Assembly (NCBI GenBank): GCA_035527715.1
Contig: DATKZY010000187.1
Span: forward strand, 49,388 to 113,387
Reading direction: 5' to 3'
DNA length: 64,000 nt
From: Planctomycetota bacterium
Lineage (GTDB): Bacteria > Planctomycetota > PUPC01 > DSUN01
The notes beneath the pieces were generated by a model, which was not told the DNA's origin, did no database searches, and saw only the letters and a list, made by a program, of their open reading frames with translations. Below, one piece after another: positions 8,287 to 17,974 of this stretch. A program made the position numbers and the translations under genes. The stretch's first letter is position 1. The number at the start of each line of letters is the position of its first letter.

Positions 8287-10434
8287 GTGGCGCCTTTCGC
8301 CGTGCTGGCGGGGGTGGTGCTTCTCACGGCGATCGTGGTGCCGCCGTTCTTCGAGACGCCGGTGTACGACGACTGGTCGTTCGCGCCGCAGGTGCTGCGG
8401 CTGGCCGAGACGGGGCAGCTCCGCTACATGGGCTACAACGTGCCCTGCCTGCTGAGCCAGGTGCTCCTGGGGGCGGGGTGGCTGCGGATCGTCGGGTCGA
8501 GCTTCTCGAACCTGCGGATCCTCAACCTGATGGTCAGCGCGGCGGGCGCGTGCGGGGCGTACGGGGTGCTGGCGGAGCTGGGTTGCGGGCGCCGCAGGAG
8601 CCTGCTGGGCGCGCTCGTGCTTGTGGCGAACCCGCTCTACGTGTTCTTCTCCTACGCCTGGATGACCGATGTGTTCTCATTGGCTTTCATGCTCCTCGCG
8701 TTGTGGGCCTACCTGGTCGCCTTCAGGCGGGGAGGGGGTTGGGCTGCCGCCCTCGCGGCGTTCCTGGCGTTGGTCGCGATCCTCGACCGGCAGACGATGG
8801 CGATGCTGCCGGTGGGGGTGCTGTTGTACCTCGTGTGGCGGCGGCGCGGTGCGCCGTGGGGCCTCTGGGCCGCGGCGGTCGCGCCGCTCGTCCTGGGCTT
8901 CGTGGGGGTGAAGCTCGCCGAGATGATCCCCGACTACCAGAAGACGGGGCTGCCGATGCCGTCGCTCCGCAAGCAGTACGCGGCCGCTCCGCGTGCGGTG
9001 AGCATCGGCCTGGGGTATCTGGCCTTCTCGCTCCTGCCGCTGGGCCTGGCGTACGGGCGGGCGCTGTGGCGTGCCGCGGCGCAGCGGCCCGGGCGCGCGG
9101 TGGTGGCGGTGGTGAGCGCGCTGCTGCTCGTGGCGGCCCTCGGCGCCCCGGGGCCGCGGCTGACGGAGGGCCGGCCGTGGACGTTCGACCTGGCCGCGGT
9201 TGCCTCGCGGGCGAGCGTGCCGTGGATCGAGCGCGGCAGCGGGCTCCTCATCGGGCTGGGCACCGACGTGTTGCCTCGGTCGGCGGGGCTGGCGATCGGC
9301 GCCGCGTCGTGCGTGTGGCTGGCGGTCCTGCTGGTGGCGTCGTGGGGCCGACTGGTCGCGCCCCGGCTGGCGGGCCGAGTGTGCCTCGAGCCACGGGGCG
9401 CGCGGTTCGGCCGGGTGGCCGCCGTGGCCCTCGCCGCGGCGCTGGCGCTCCTCGTGGCCGGGCTGCCGCTGCTGAAGCACCTGGCGTCGAGGCTGGTCAC
9501 CGTCGCCTACGAGCGGGGCGCCGGGCGGGCGATGGGCCTCGACTACTGGCTCGCGACGGCTCGCGTGGCGACGGTCCACGCGGCGTTGGTCCTGGGCGCG
9601 GTGTTGGCGTTCGGCCTCAGCGAGTTGGGTTGGCAGGCGGCCGCGCGGCGCTCCGCGGCTTGGGCGGGCCGGCTCCGGGGCGTGTGGGTGCTGTGGGGCT
9701 TTGTCGAGCTCTTCGTCCTGGCGGTGCTCGTGGGCTTCGTCGGCGGCTTCGTCGGCGTGGTCGTGCTCCGGTGCCTCTGGCGCTGGCGCCGTGGGAAAGC
9801 GGAAATCCGGAATCCGGAATCCGAAATCCGAAACGGGGAGTCGGGGCCACTGCCCGACGGGCGAGCGTGGCTCGTGCTCCTGCCCGCAGGCATCTACGCC
9901 GTGTTCCTCGTCGGGTTGATGAGTCGCTGGGACATCTTTCCCCGGTACTTCCTGCCGCTGCTCGTGCCTGCCGCGCTGCTGGGTCTCGTCGTCGGGCGCG
10001 GGGCCAGGCCGTCGTGGCTCGCGCCCGGTCTGGCGTTCGCCGCCTTCCTTGTCTACGCGTGGGTGCGGACGGACCTCTACGTGACGCGGGTCGTGGCGAC
10101 GGAGCGGCTGCGTCGGGAGCTGGTCGCCGAGGGCATCCCGCCGAAGCAGATCCGCGCGGGCCTGGAGATTGACGGCTGGCACTGGCGCTGGTACTGCCTC
10201 GACCACCCCGACGAGGGCGGCACGACGACGGGGCAGGCGTGGTGGCCCGGAGGCCTGACCCCCGCACTGGTGGAGAACTACGTCATCTCCGACCGTCCCG
10301 CCCCCTTGAACATGTGGGGGATAGACCTGTCGAACTACGAAGTCCTGCGCACGGAGGCGGTTCGGGCGAGGCTCTGGCCCCGCCCGTGCCCGCTCTACGT
10401 GATGCGCCGCGTGCCGCTCCTGGCCCCCGACTAA
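8287..10434 (+). CDS. Large polytopic membrane protein, GT-C/GT39-like glycosyltransferase family
   Basis: The translation from the GTG at 8287 begins VAPFAVLAGVVLLTAIVVPPFF and has many TM helices. The track ORF starts at 8086, but its first 67 codons look non-coding and include the heptamer array. The protein contains an in-frame heptamer array at 9801..9834 (see that entry). Confidence 0.6.
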   Translation: MAPFAVLAGVVLLTAIVVPPFFETPVYDDWSFAPQVLRLAETGQLRYMGYNVPCLLSQVLLGAGWLRIVGSSFSNLRILNLMVSAAGACGAYGVLAELGCGRRRSLLGALVLVANPLYVFFSYAWMTDVFSLAFMLLALWAYLVAFRRGGGWAAALAAFLALVAILDRQTMAMLPVGVLLYLVWRRRGAPWGLWAAAVAPLVLGFVGVKLAEMIPDYQKTGLPMPSLRKQYAAAPRAVSIGLGYLAFSLLPLGLAYGRALWRAAAQRPGRAVVAVVSALLLVAALGAPGPRLTEGRPWTFDLAAVASRASVPWIERGSGLLIGLGTDVLPRSAGLAIGAASCVWLAVLLVASWGRLVAPRLAGRVCLEPRGARFGRVAAVALAAALALLVAGLPLLKHLASRLVTVAYERGAGRAMGLDYWLATARVATVHAALVLGAVLAFGLSELGWQAAARRSAAWAGRLRGVWVLWGFVELFVLAVLVGFVGGFVGVVVLRCLWRWRRGKAEIRNPESEIRNGESGPLPDGRAWLVLLPAGIYAVFLVGLMSRWDIFPRYFLPLLVPAALLGLVVGRGARPSWLAPGLAFAAFLVYAWVRTDLYVTRVVATERLRRELVAEGIPPKQIRAGLEIDGWHWRWYCLDHPDEGGTTTGQAWWPGGLTPALVENYVISDRPAPLNMWGIDLSNYEVLRTEAVRARLWPRPCPLYVMRRVPLLAPD
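9801..9834. repeat. Heptanucleotide tandem array GGAAATCC GGAATCC GGAATCC GAAATCC GAAAC, in-frame inside a CDS
   Basis: Period-7 repeat of the same GGAATCC/ATCCGAA family found at 1395. It encodes AEIRNPESEIRNGE. Confidence 0.8.
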
Positions 10435-10888
10435 GTGCTTCGTTTCGCAATTGCCGTGACGTATGTTCGCCGCCGAGACGAAGCACTTCCATAGGGGCTA
10501 CCGCCCCTCTGGTGTTGCGCGGTGCTGCACCTGCTCGCGCCGCTCCACTGTCCCCCCAAGCCCCCCGCAGAGTGGCCGCTTCGGGGCGCTTGATACGTCA
10601 CTGGAAATCCGGATGCGGCCACTGAGCGCCCCCGCCACAGAATGCCAAGTCCAGGGAATGGAGGCTGGCACTCTGTGGTGGCACGCGGAGCGCCGGGAGG
10701 TGGCGGAACGCGTCTTGCGGAGGCGTAAGCTGCTGCCGTTGGAGCAGTTATGGCGGGGCAGCCCCTGGGGCGCCGCCTGCTCAGGTTGGGAGACACAGGA
10801 TGCCAACCCCAGGGGTACGCGGTTGGCATTCTGTGGCGGAATCGCGGCGGGGCAGGGGGGGCCGTCGCGTTGGATGAAAGGCGGGACA

Positions 10889-10897
10889 TATGGTAGA
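10889..10897 (+). promoter_or_regulatory. Putative extended -10 promoter element TGGTAGAAT about 9 nt upstream of ATG 10907, suggesting a leaderless or near-leaderless mRNA
   Basis: It lies in an AT-richer patch, atatggtagaattactgcgATG, within a 470-bp intergenic region. There is no SD sequence. Confidence 0.3.
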
Positions 10898-10906
10898 ATT
10901 ACTGCG

Positions 10907-11845
10907 ATGAGCACGAGCGCTCCAGCACAAGCGGCGGAGGGAGCGGGCCGATGGTTGGCGCTCCTGGCGGCCATGCGCCCGCACCAGTGGACGAAGAACC
11001 TGTTAGTCTTCGCCGCGTTGCTCTTTGCCAGGAAGTTCCTGGAGCCGGAGGCGGTTCGCTTCATCCTCCTGAGCGTGGCGGGGTTCGCCATCTTCTGTGC
11101 GGCGTCGAGCGCGTCGTATCTCCTGAACGACGTGTTGGATGCGGAGGCCGACCGGCAGCATCCGCTGAAGCGGCTGCGGCCCGTGGCGAGCGGGGCGCTG
11201 CCGACGGGCCGGGCGCTGGGGGTCGGGGCGCTGCTGGCGGCTGGGGCGGTGGCCGCGGGGTTCGCACTCGGCGTGCCGTTCGGCGCCGTGGTCGCGGCCT
11301 ACCTGGTGCTCCAGGTCGGCTATTCGCTGGTGCTCAAGCACGTGGTGATCCTGGACGTGTTGTGCATCGCGGCGAGCTTCGTGCTGCGGGCGGGCGCGGG
11401 GGCGCTGGTGATCGGCGTGGCGCTCTCCCACTGGCTGCTCATCTGCGCGGCGCTCCTCGCGCTCTTCCTGGCCCTGGCGAAGCGGCGGCACGAGCTGGTG
11501 GAGGTGGCGGAGGCATCGAGCCACCGGCGGAGCCTGGCCGACTACACGCCGCAGATGCTCGACCAGATGATCGCCGTGGTGACGGCCTCGACGCTGATGG
11601 CCTACACCCTCTACACGATTGACCGGGAGACGGTGGCGAAGTTCGGCACCGACAACCTGAAGTTCACCATCCCCTTCGTCCTCTACGGCGTGTTCCGATA
11701 CCTCTACCTCGTCTACGCGCAGCGCGGGGGCGGCAATCCGTCGCGACACCTGTTGACCGACAAGCCGCTGCTTCTCGACGTCTTCCTCTATGCCCTCACC
11801 AGCGCCTGGATCCTCTGGCGCTGGGGCGGGAGCGGAGCCCCATGA
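10907..11845 (+). CDS. UbiA-family prenyltransferase, decaprenyl-phosphate phosphoribosyltransferase (DPPR synthase)-like
   Basis: 312 aa with about 8 TM helices. The motifs NDVLDAEADRQHPLKRLRPVASG (Asp-rich site) and KNLLVFAALLFA are characteristic of the Rv3806c-like UbiA subfamily. Confidence 0.75.
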   Translation: MSTSAPAQAAEGAGRWLALLAAMRPHQWTKNLLVFAALLFARKFLEPEAVRFILLSVAGFAIFCAASSASYLLNDVLDAEADRQHPLKRLRPVASGALPTGRALGVGALLAAGAVAAGFALGVPFGAVVAAYLVLQVGYSLVLKHVVILDVLCIAASFVLRAGAGALVIGVALSHWLLICAALLALFLALAKRRHELVEVAEASSHRRSLADYTPQMLDQMIAVVTASTLMAYTLYTIDRETVAKFGTDNLKFTIPFVLYGVFRYLYLVYAQRGGGNPSRHLLTDKPLLLDVFLYALTSAWILWRWGGSGAP

Positions 11846-12927
11846 GCAAAGTCGCCGTCCTCAAGGCCACGCCCGAGACCGTCCTCGACGACTACGGTCG
11901 CCTGCTGGGCCTGGCCGACGTGTCGGCTCATCTGCCCAAGGGCCGCGAGACGGCTCTGAAGATCAACATCTCCTGGCACCGCTTCTACCCCGCGTGCTCG
12001 ACGACCCCCTGGCAGCTCGAGGGCGTCATCCGCGGCCTCGTGGCCGCCGGCTACCCCCCGGAAAACCTCTACGGCGCCCACAACCGCACCGTCGTCGTCA
12101 GCGCCCGGAAGGGCGAGGTCGCCAACAAGCACAAACCCGTCCTCGAAAAATACGGGGTCCGCAACGTCCACCTCTACGAGAAGGGCGAGGAGTGGGTGCG
12201 CTTCGAGCCGAAGCAGCACAAGTTCCACGTCCTCCACGAAATCTTCCCCGACGGCGTCAAGATCCCCAAGCGCTTCCTCGGCAGCAACATCGTCCACCTG
12301 CCGACCATGAAGACACACGTCTTCACCACGATGACGGGCGCGATGAAAAACGCCTTCGGCGGCCTGCTGAGCGAGCGGCGGCACTGGACCCACAGCCGCA
12401 TCCACGAGACGCTGGTGGACCTGTTGGCCATCCAGAAGGAGATTCACCCGGGCCTGTTCGCGGTGATGGACGGCACGTTCGCGGGCGACGGCCCGGGCCC
12501 GCGGTGCATGGTGCCGCACACGCCGGGCTACATCCTGGCGAGCGGCGACCCGGTGGCCATTGACGCCATTGCGGCGAAGATGATGGGCTTCGACCCGCTC
12601 GGGCTCGACTTCCTCCGCCTCGCCCACGAGGACGGGCTCGGCTGCGCCGACCCGCGCGAGATCGAGGTCGTGGGCGAGGACATTGCGGGCGTGAACTTCG
12701 GCTTCCGCGGCAACCAGAACACCTTCGCCAGCCGCGGCCAGAAGCTCATTTACTGGGGGCCGCTGAAGTTCCTCGAAAGGCTCCTGCTCCGGACCTTTCT
12801 CGTCCCCTGGTCCTACGCCGCCTCGATCCTCTACCACGACTTCTACTGGTATCCCTTCATCGGCCGGCGACGGGTGCGCCAGGCCCTGAAGACACCCTGG
12901 GGGAAGCTTTTTGAGCGCTACGAGTGA
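11842..12927 (+). CDS. DUF362-like domain protein
   Basis: 361 aa and soluble. The ATGA overlap with the previous gene indicates coupling. Sequence features are KINISWHRFYPACSTTPW and GDGPGPRCMVPHTPGYILASGDPVAIDAIAAKMMGF. The family assignment comes from memory of DUF362 and is not certain. Confidence 0.6.
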   Translation: MSKVAVLKATPETVLDDYGRLLGLADVSAHLPKGRETALKINISWHRFYPACSTTPWQLEGVIRGLVAAGYPPENLYGAHNRTVVVSARKGEVANKHKPVLEKYGVRNVHLYEKGEEWVRFEPKQHKFHVLHEIFPDGVKIPKRFLGSNIVHLPTMKTHVFTTMTGAMKNAFGGLLSERRHWTHSRIHETLVDLLAIQKEIHPGLFAVMDGTFAGDGPGPRCMVPHTPGYILASGDPVAIDAIAAKMMGFDPLGLDFLRLAHEDGLGCADPREIEVVGEDIAGVNFGFRGNQNTFASRGQKLIYWGPLKFLERLLLRTFLVPWSYAASILYHDFYWYPFIGRRRVRQALKTPWGKLFERYE

Positions 12928-12997
12928 CACGGCGGGGCGTCGAGAGGCGGCCGCTGCCACCGCCGCGGACGCGAAGCCCAGGACGGCGCGCGGCGAG

Positions 12998-14836
12998 ATG
13001 GCGTTGCTCGTCGCCATTCTCGCGGTGGCCGCCGCGCTCCGCCTGTGGGGCATCGGCCACGACCTGCCATTCGTCTACTACGGCGACGAAGTCCACAAGA
13101 TGAACCTCGCGATGGGCTTTGGGACCGGCGACCTCAACCCCCACTGGTTCCACAAGCCGGCGCTGTATATGTACACCCTGTTTCTCCAGTTCGGCGCGTA
13201 CTTCCTCGGGGGCTGGCTGCTGGGCGTGTTTCCGAACGCCGATGCCTTCGCCGTGCACTACTTGCAGGACAAGACGGTGTTCGCCCTCTGCGGCCGGCTC
13301 ACCTCGGCCGCGTGCGGCATCGGGTGCGTGCTGGTGCTCTACCGGCTCGCGCGCCGCCACTACGGCAGAGCGACGGCTCTCGTGGCCGCGGGCCTCCTGT
13401 CGGTCGCCTACGCCCACGTGCGTTCGTCGCACTTTGCGAAGGCCGACCAGCTCGCCGCGCTCTTCACCCTGCTCGGCGCGCTGTTCATCTTCCGGATCGC
13501 GGAGGCCGGGCAGTGGCGCGACTACTTGCTGGCCGGCCTGTTCCTGGGGCTCGGCACGGCCTCGAAGTACACGCCGATCCTGCTCGCCGTGCCGCTCTAC
13601 GTGGCCCACGTGGCCTACTGGCGGCGCAGCGAGGCCCCGTGGTGGAGCAAGGTAGCGGGCGCGCGGCTCTGGGCGGCGGCGGGCATGCTTCTCCTTGCCT
13701 TCTTCGTGGCGTCGCCGTACAACTTCCTCGACTCGTTCTGGCTGCGCGAGAACGTGCTCCCGCTTCTCGGGCTGGGCAAGGCCAGCAACCTCTACCACGC
13801 GCGGGGTCCCCTGGGCGAACAGGGCCTGCCCGCCCGGCTCTGGCGCTGGTCCCAGGTCGTGTTCAGCCCCCACGCCCTCGGCCCCGCGCTGGCGACGGCG
13901 GGCTGCCTGGGGTTGCTCTTCGTCGTCGCCCGCCTTCTGACGGGCTCAAGGCAGGCCGAGCCTGTCGAGGCCCGCCGGCGGCGCCAGGACGTGGTGCTCC
14001 TGGCGTGCATCGCCACGCTGTGGGCGCTGGCCTCGGTGTTGTGGCACGTGTACGAGCCGTGGCTGCTCAACGGCCTCTACCCGTTCTTGTGCCTCAGCGC
14101 CGCCGTCCTGGTCGTCAGCGGCATCGAGCTGGCGTCGCGACGCGTCGCTTGGCTCAAGGAGCGGCAGGCCCTGGCCACCGCGGTCGTGGCCATCGCCCTG
14201 GCCGGCCCATCGGCCGTCTGGTCGGTGCGGCTGGGGTATCTGCTCGGTCTGCCCGACACCCGGACCCTGGCGTGCCGGTGGGTGGAGGCCCACGTGCCGC
14301 CACGCTCACGGCTCCTGCTGGACGAGTACGGCCCCAAGCTGTCGGCCACGCCGGAGAGCCTGGGCGGGCTGCTGGCAAAGGCCAAGGACCTGGAGAATTC
14401 CACGCCGTTCACCTACCATCTCTCGAAGTACTACAAGTATCGCATCCTGGCGGCCCGGTCACCGGGCTACGACATCACGGAGCTCAGCCACCTGTGGTGG
14501 CGCGATGAGCCCGAGGGGGACCGGCTGATCGTCCTGAACAACCCGGAGGACGCGGACTTCGGCAACCCTGCCAAGCCCCGCGGCGCGCTGTCGCTGCGGG
14601 AGTACGTGAGCCGCGGCTACCAGTACGCGGTCATCTGCTCGACCAACTACGCGCGGTATCTCGGGGTCGAGGGAGATTCCCATTACGCCAAGGTGGGCCA
14701 GTTCTACAGGGACCTGATGTCGCAGGGCGAGCCGTTGCACGAGGAGATGCAGTGCCCCGGGCGCAGCCGCGGCCCAACGATCCGCGTCTACCGCCTGCCC
14801 GAGCAGGCCCTCCATGCGGACGGAGGTGGCCCATGA
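12998..14836 (+). CDS. GT-C fold glycosyltransferase family 39-like (ArnT/PMT-like) membrane protein
   Basis: It begins MALLVAILAVAAALRLWGIGHDLPFVYYGDE and has FHKPALYMY (a DKPPL-like loop) and more than 10 TM helices. An alternative upstream TTG lies at 12911. The stop overlaps the next gene's ATG. Confidence 0.75.
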   Translation: MALLVAILAVAAALRLWGIGHDLPFVYYGDEVHKMNLAMGFGTGDLNPHWFHKPALYMYTLFLQFGAYFLGGWLLGVFPNADAFAVHYLQDKTVFALCGRLTSAACGIGCVLVLYRLARRHYGRATALVAAGLLSVAYAHVRSSHFAKADQLAALFTLLGALFIFRIAEAGQWRDYLLAGLFLGLGTASKYTPILLAVPLYVAHVAYWRRSEAPWWSKVAGARLWAAAGMLLLAFFVASPYNFLDSFWLRENVLPLLGLGKASNLYHARGPLGEQGLPARLWRWSQVVFSPHALGPALATAGCLGLLFVVARLLTGSRQAEPVEARRRRQDVVLLACIATLWALASVLWHVYEPWLLNGLYPFLCLSAAVLVVSGIELASRRVAWLKERQALATAVVAIALAGPSAVWSVRLGYLLGLPDTRTLACRWVEAHVPPRSRLLLDEYGPKLSATPESLGGLLAKAKDLENSTPFTYHLSKYYKYRILAARSPGYDITELSHLWWRDEPEGDRLIVLNNPEDADFGNPAKPRGALSLREYVSRGYQYAVICSTNYARYLGVEGDSHYAKVGQFYRDLMSQGEPLHEEMQCPGRSRGPTIRVYRLPEQALHADGGGP

Positions 14837-15603
14837 CGGCTTCCGGGCGCGACGGCGCCGCCGCGGGGGCGCCGGCAGGCCTGGCGCTCTCGATCGTGAT
14901 CCCGGCGTACAACGAGAGCGCCGACATCGAGGCCGCGATGGAGGCCGCCGACGCCTACCTGCGCGAAGCCGGGCTGCACGGCGAGGTGGTCGTGGTGGAC
15001 GACGGGAGCACGGACGACACGGCGCAGCTCGTGGCCCGCTACGCCGAGCAGCACCCGGTGGTGCGCCTCCTCCGCAACGACCGAAACCGCGGCAAGGGCC
15101 ACTCGGTGCGGCACGGGGCGCTGGACGCGCGCGGCCAGATCATCCTCTTCAGCGACGCCGACCGCTCGACCCCGTTCAGCGAGGCCCCCAAGCTCCTCGC
15201 GGCGATCGGGTCGGGCGGAGCCGACGTCGCCATCGGCTCGCGGGCGCTCTCGGAGTCCCGGCTCGAGCGGCCGCAGCCCTGGTTCCGGCGAGTCATGGGC
15301 TGGGTGTTCCGCAACCTGGTGCGCCTCATCGTCTTGAGAGGGTTCCGAGACACCCAGTGCGGGTTCAAGGCGTTTCGTGCCGAGGCGGCCCGCGAAGTCT
15401 TCCGCCGCCAGACCCTCGAGGGCTTTGCCTTCGACGTCGAGGCCCTTTGGATCGCACGGCACTTGGGGTATCATATTAGGGAAGTGCCTGTGCGTTGGCT
15501 GGACTCGCGCGACTCGCGGGTCCATCCCGTGCGCGATTCGGCTCGCATGTTTCTCGATCTCGTGCGCATCCGCCTTCGGGCCCTGCGCGGCGTGTACCGG
15601 TAG
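14833..15603 (+). CDS. GT2 polyprenol-phosphate glycosyltransferase (DPM1/ArnC/GtrB-like)
   Basis: LSIVIPAYNESADI...[12 protein letters not shown]...ILFSDADRSTPF...QCGFKAFR is the classic DPM1-like GT2 pattern. GGAGGTGG is its RBS. It is translationally coupled to the upstream GT39-like gene. Confidence 0.85.
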   Translation: MTASGRDGAAAGAPAGLALSIVIPAYNESADIEAAMEAADAYLREAGLHGEVVVVDDGSTDDTAQLVARYAEQHPVVRLLRNDRNRGKGHSVRHGALDARGQIILFSDADRSTPFSEAPKLLAAIGSGGADVAIGSRALSESRLERPQPWFRRVMGWVFRNLVRLIVLRGFRDTQCGFKAFRAEAAREVFRRQTLEGFAFDVEALWIARHLGYHIREVPVRWLDSRDSRVHPVRDSARMFLDLVRIRLRALRGVYR

Positions 15604-15620
15604 GTTGTCAGGGGCCGCCC

Positions 15621-16979
15621 GTGTTCCGAGTGCCCATCTTCGTCGCCTGGCTGGCCATCGTCGTGCTGGTCACGATCCGCAGGCCGTTCTTCGGCTCCCT
15701 GGTGATCCTCGTGCATTACGTGCTCCGCGACGTCCTGGTCGCCGAGACCTACTGGTGGTTCCGCCACAACAGCAACTTCGAGCTCCTCTATCTGGCCACA
15801 GTCGTGGGTGTGCTGACCACGCGGGGCGGCCGCCTGGGAGAGTTCATGCCGTCCGGCCCCGTGGACTGGGGGGTGCTGGGCTTCCTGTTCGTGCTGGTCG
15901 CCGCCGCGCTGGTCAACGGGGTCGTGGTCGTGGGCCACAAGTACATTGACCTGTACTTCAAGGCCATGGTGCTGTACTTCCTGCTGTCGCGGTTGGCCGA
16001 CACGCCGCGGCGGGTGACCACTGTGGCCCTCTGCCTGGTGTTCGCCACGGGCTACCTGGCGTACGTGGCGTGGCGCAAGTACCGCACCGGCGAGCTCACC
16101 ATCGCCCGGCCGTACTGGTTCTCCAGCTTCCACGAGTTCGGGCTCCAGATCATCATCACTCTTCCCTTGGCCGGGGCGCTCGTGCTGGCGCGGTTCCGTC
16201 CCTACGTGCGCGTGCTCCTGTTCGCGCTGATCCCCCTCTTTGTCCTGATGGCCCTGCGTTCGTACTCGCGTTCCGCCTACCTGGGCGCGGGTCTGGGGGT
16301 GGCCATGCTGCTCTGGCACTACCGGCGCCATTGGTACCTCGCGTTCGCTGCCGCGCCGCTCGTCGTGTATGCTGTGCTGCACCAGCCGGCGCGCGTCAGC
16401 GCGCGGCTCGAGAGCATCTGGACCCACAAGACGGCCGAGGGCTCGGTTGACACCTCGATCGAGATGCGGCTGGAGCAGATGCGCACCGCCATGAACGTCC
16501 TCTCCTCCCACCCCGTGCTCGGCATCGGCCCGCGCCAGTTCTTCCAGCAGTACGATCAGTATGCTAACCCAGAGGACTTCGGCCAGCACGAGTGGACCTA
16601 CACGATGCACAGCGTGCCCCTGCTGATCCTGTGCGAGGAGGGGATACTAGGCTTTGCCGTCTACTATGGGCTGATCGTCTTCGGCGCGATCCGCGCCGCC
16701 AGGCTCGCGGTGCGAAGGTCCCGCGACGTGCCGGGGCTCGAAACGGTCGGCATTGTTGGCGTCGGCGCGCTCATGGGCTATCTGGCCTACCTCGCCTACA
16801 GCCTCACGCAGCCGACCATGTGGACGATCAACATCTACGGCACGGTGGCGCTCGTCGAGGCGGCGCGCCGCGTGGTCGTCGCCCACTTCCGTGAGGCGGC
16901 GGAGGAGCGCGAGACCGTGCCGAGCGCTGCGCCCGGCTGGGCCCCGTCGCAGCCCACGACCCAAGTCCTCTTCCCCTGA
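15621..16979 (+). CDS. O-antigen ligase / O-antigen polymerase family protein (Wzy_C domain)
   Basis: It is polytopic. The Wzy_C-like signature LMALRSYSRSAYLGAGLGVAMLL is followed by a periplasmic loop and more TM helices. It starts at GTG. Confidence 0.7.
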   Translation: MFRVPIFVAWLAIVVLVTIRRPFFGSLVILVHYVLRDVLVAETYWWFRHNSNFELLYLATVVGVLTTRGGRLGEFMPSGPVDWGVLGFLFVLVAAALVNGVVVVGHKYIDLYFKAMVLYFLLSRLADTPRRVTTVALCLVFATGYLAYVAWRKYRTGELTIARPYWFSSFHEFGLQIIITLPLAGALVLARFRPYVRVLLFALIPLFVLMALRSYSRSAYLGAGLGVAMLLWHYRRHWYLAFAAAPLVVYAVLHQPARVSARLESIWTHKTAEGSVDTSIEMRLEQMRTAMNVLSSHPVLGIGPRQFFQQYDQYANPEDFGQHEWTYTMHSVPLLILCEEGILGFAVYYGLIVFGAIRAARLAVRRSRDVPGLETVGIVGVGALMGYLAYLAYSLTQPTMWTINIYGTVALVEAARRVVVAHFREAAEERETVPSAAPGWAPSQPTTQVLFP

Positions 16980-17000
16980 TGCCCCGCGAGGAGAGCGCGT

Positions 17001-17972
17001 GTGCGATACCTGGTCACGGGCGGCGCGGGCTTCATCGGCTCCCACCTCGTTGAGGCGCTCCTCGCCCGCGGCGGCGAGGTGGACATCGTGGACGACCTCT
17101 CGACCGGGCGCGCCGCCAACATCGAGCCGCTCAAGAGCGACCCGCGGTTCCACTATCACATCGACTCGGTGATGAACGGCCCGCTGGTTGCGGAGCTGGT
17201 GGACGAGGCGGATGTGGTGTTCCACCTTGCGGCCGCCGTGGGCGTCTTCCTGGTGGTCGAGAGCCCCGTCCGCACCATCGAGACGAACGTGCGCGGCACC
17301 GAGACGGTGCTGCGCCACGCCGCCAAGAAGCGGCGCAAGGTGCTGCTGGCCTCCACCTCCGAGGTCTACGGGAGCACGGTGAGCGCGCGCTTCCGCGAGG
17401 ACGACGACCTGGTGCTCGGCCCGCCTACTCAGGGGCGTTGGAGCTACGCGTGCTCGAAGGCGCTCGACGAGTTCCTCGCCCTCGCCTACCACCGCGAGCG
17501 CGGGCTGCCCGTCGTCATCGCGCGCCTCTTCAACACCGTGGGGCCGCGGCAAACGGGGCGCTACGGCATGGTGATCCCGCGCTTCGTCGCCCAGGCCCTC
17601 GCCGGCGGGCCGATCACCGTCTACGGCGAGGGCACGCAGACCCGCGCCTTCTGCCACGTGGGCGACACGGTGCGCGCGCTGGTCGGCCTCGCCGGCGACG
17701 AGCGGGCCGTCGGCCAGGTCTTCAACGTCGGCAGCGACCACGAGGTCACCATCAACGACCTCGCCGAGCGCGTCCGCCGCATCGTCAACCCCGAGGCCCC
17801 CATCGTGCACGTGCCCTACGACGAGGCATACGCCCCCGGCTTTCGCGACATGCTCCGCCGCGTGCCTGACATCACGAAGCTCCGCCAGTTCCTCGGCTTC
17901 GAGCCCTCGATGCCCATAGACGGCATTATCGAGAGCGTCCGCGACCACATTGCGGCCCACGGCGACCGATGA
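17001..17972 (+). CDS. NAD-dependent epimerase/dehydratase, UDP-glucuronate decarboxylase (UXS/ArnA-C)-like
   Basis: MRYLVTGGAGFIGSHL (GxxGxxG), ASTSEVYG and YACSK (catalytic YxxxK) are present. GAGGAGAG is the RBS before GTG 17001. Confidence 0.85.
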   Translation: MRYLVTGGAGFIGSHLVEALLARGGEVDIVDDLSTGRAANIEPLKSDPRFHYHIDSVMNGPLVAELVDEADVVFHLAAAVGVFLVVESPVRTIETNVRGTETVLRHAAKKRRKVLLASTSEVYGSTVSARFREDDDLVLGPPTQGRWSYACSKALDEFLALAYHRERGLPVVIARLFNTVGPRQTGRYGMVIPRFVAQALAGGPITVYGEGTQTRAFCHVGDTVRALVGLAGDERAVGQVFNVGSDHEVTINDLAERVRRIVNPEAPIVHVPYDEAYAPGFRDMLRRVPDITKLRQFLGFEPSMPIDGIIESVRDHIAAHGDR

Positions 17973-17974
17973 GG

